A DNA stretch of 64,000 nt from Octopus vulgaris (taxonomy: Eukaryota), in the NCBI GenBank assembly GCA_951406725.2, contig OX597818.1, forward strand, positions 124,062,001 through 124,126,000, read 5' to 3'. This document shows, piece by piece, positions 63,217 to 64,000 of this stretch. The notes beneath the pieces are model-generated. The model was not told where the DNA came from, ran no database searches, and saw nothing but the letters and a program-made list of their open reading frames with translations. How positions within the stretch are numbered: the stretch's first letter is position 1; each line of letters opens with the position of its first letter. The translations under genes were made by a program, and so were the position numbers.

Positions 63217-64000
63217 CGAGGGGCGTTCAATAAGTAATGCCTCTGACCAACTTGCAGTTGTTTGATCTAGCTGAAAATTTACATGTGCAATTATTTATAT
63301 CTCTATAGATTAAGTGGCAAATTACAGCTCTGAACTAATTGTGGTTTCTGATATACAGGTGTTTGAACTGAGTCAAGTGTGAAATGGAGCCTGTTGAGTG
63401 TCGAGCAGTGATCCAGTTTTTGTATTTGAAAGGACGCACACCACGGGAGACTTTTGATGAAATGAAAGTAACTTATGGTGATGATGCCCCATCATATGAC
63501 CTTGTAAAACACTGGCATCGTGAATTCAAACATGGTTGGAACTCTGTGGAAACAGCTCCCAGATCTGGTCACCCCCCCTTCTGCCATTGATGAGGCATCT
63601 GTCCATCAAGTTGAGACTGCCATTTTGGAAGATCGACGCATAACTATTCGCCAAATAGCCCATGAGGTCAAGTTTAGTACCGGGTCTGTGGAAACTATCA
63701 TTCATGACCATTTGCATATGCAAAAGGTGTCTGCCAGATGGATTCCCAGGTTGCTCACACCTTTCCAGAAGCAAGAACGCGTTGAGTGCTTGAGGATGAA
63801 TTTGGAGATGTGTCAAAAAGATGAGTCAAAATTATTCAAAAGACTGATTACACAGGATGAAACCTGGGTCCATCACTCTGATCCAGAGACCAAAGCCCAG
63901 TCAATGCAGTGGAAGCTCCGTGACTCACCACCTCCAAAGAAGGCAAGGGTGCAGCCCTCCGCTGGCAAGGTCATGCTCACAGTCTTCTGGGACCTGGACG
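63217..64000 (+). mobile_element. Mariner transposon, 5' part (frameshifted transposase starting 63384)
   Basis: ta|cgaggggcgttcaataagt TIR; RAVIQFL, YGDDAPSY..VK.W..EFK.G, frameshift at the C-run near 63572-63578, then VSARWIPRLLT, ITQDETWVHH and KVMLTVFWD. Confidence 0.9.

Overview
AT-rich, repeat-dense animal genomic DNA; the SINE and microsatellite landscape resembles an octopus (coleoid cephalopod) assembly, which is an inference. One host gene is well supported: the first seven coding exons of an ABTB1 (ankyrin repeat and BTB/POZ domain 1) orthologue on the + strand, 41337-61860, continuing past the window. All splice sites are GT-AG and the phases join into one frame. Most of the rest is mobile DNA: a 5'-truncated CR1-type LINE with an uninterrupted 920-aa ORF2, RTE fragments, a Gypsy 3' end, mariner/Tc1 relics, hAT/Merlin/pogo-like MITEs, three tRNA-type SINE families and many non-autonomous Helitrons. 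The most notable observations are (1) six minimal type I hammerhead-ribozyme-like motifs, mostly in TA-embedded or palindromic Penelope-like repeats, including one with a G3-C8 core swap and one with A6U, and (2) a seamless head-to-tail array of composite Helitrons carrying open Pif1-helicase fragments and a piggyBac-like fragment. Most ORFs in the supplied track are microsatellite or SINE artefacts. All coordinates were read by eye and no searches were run.
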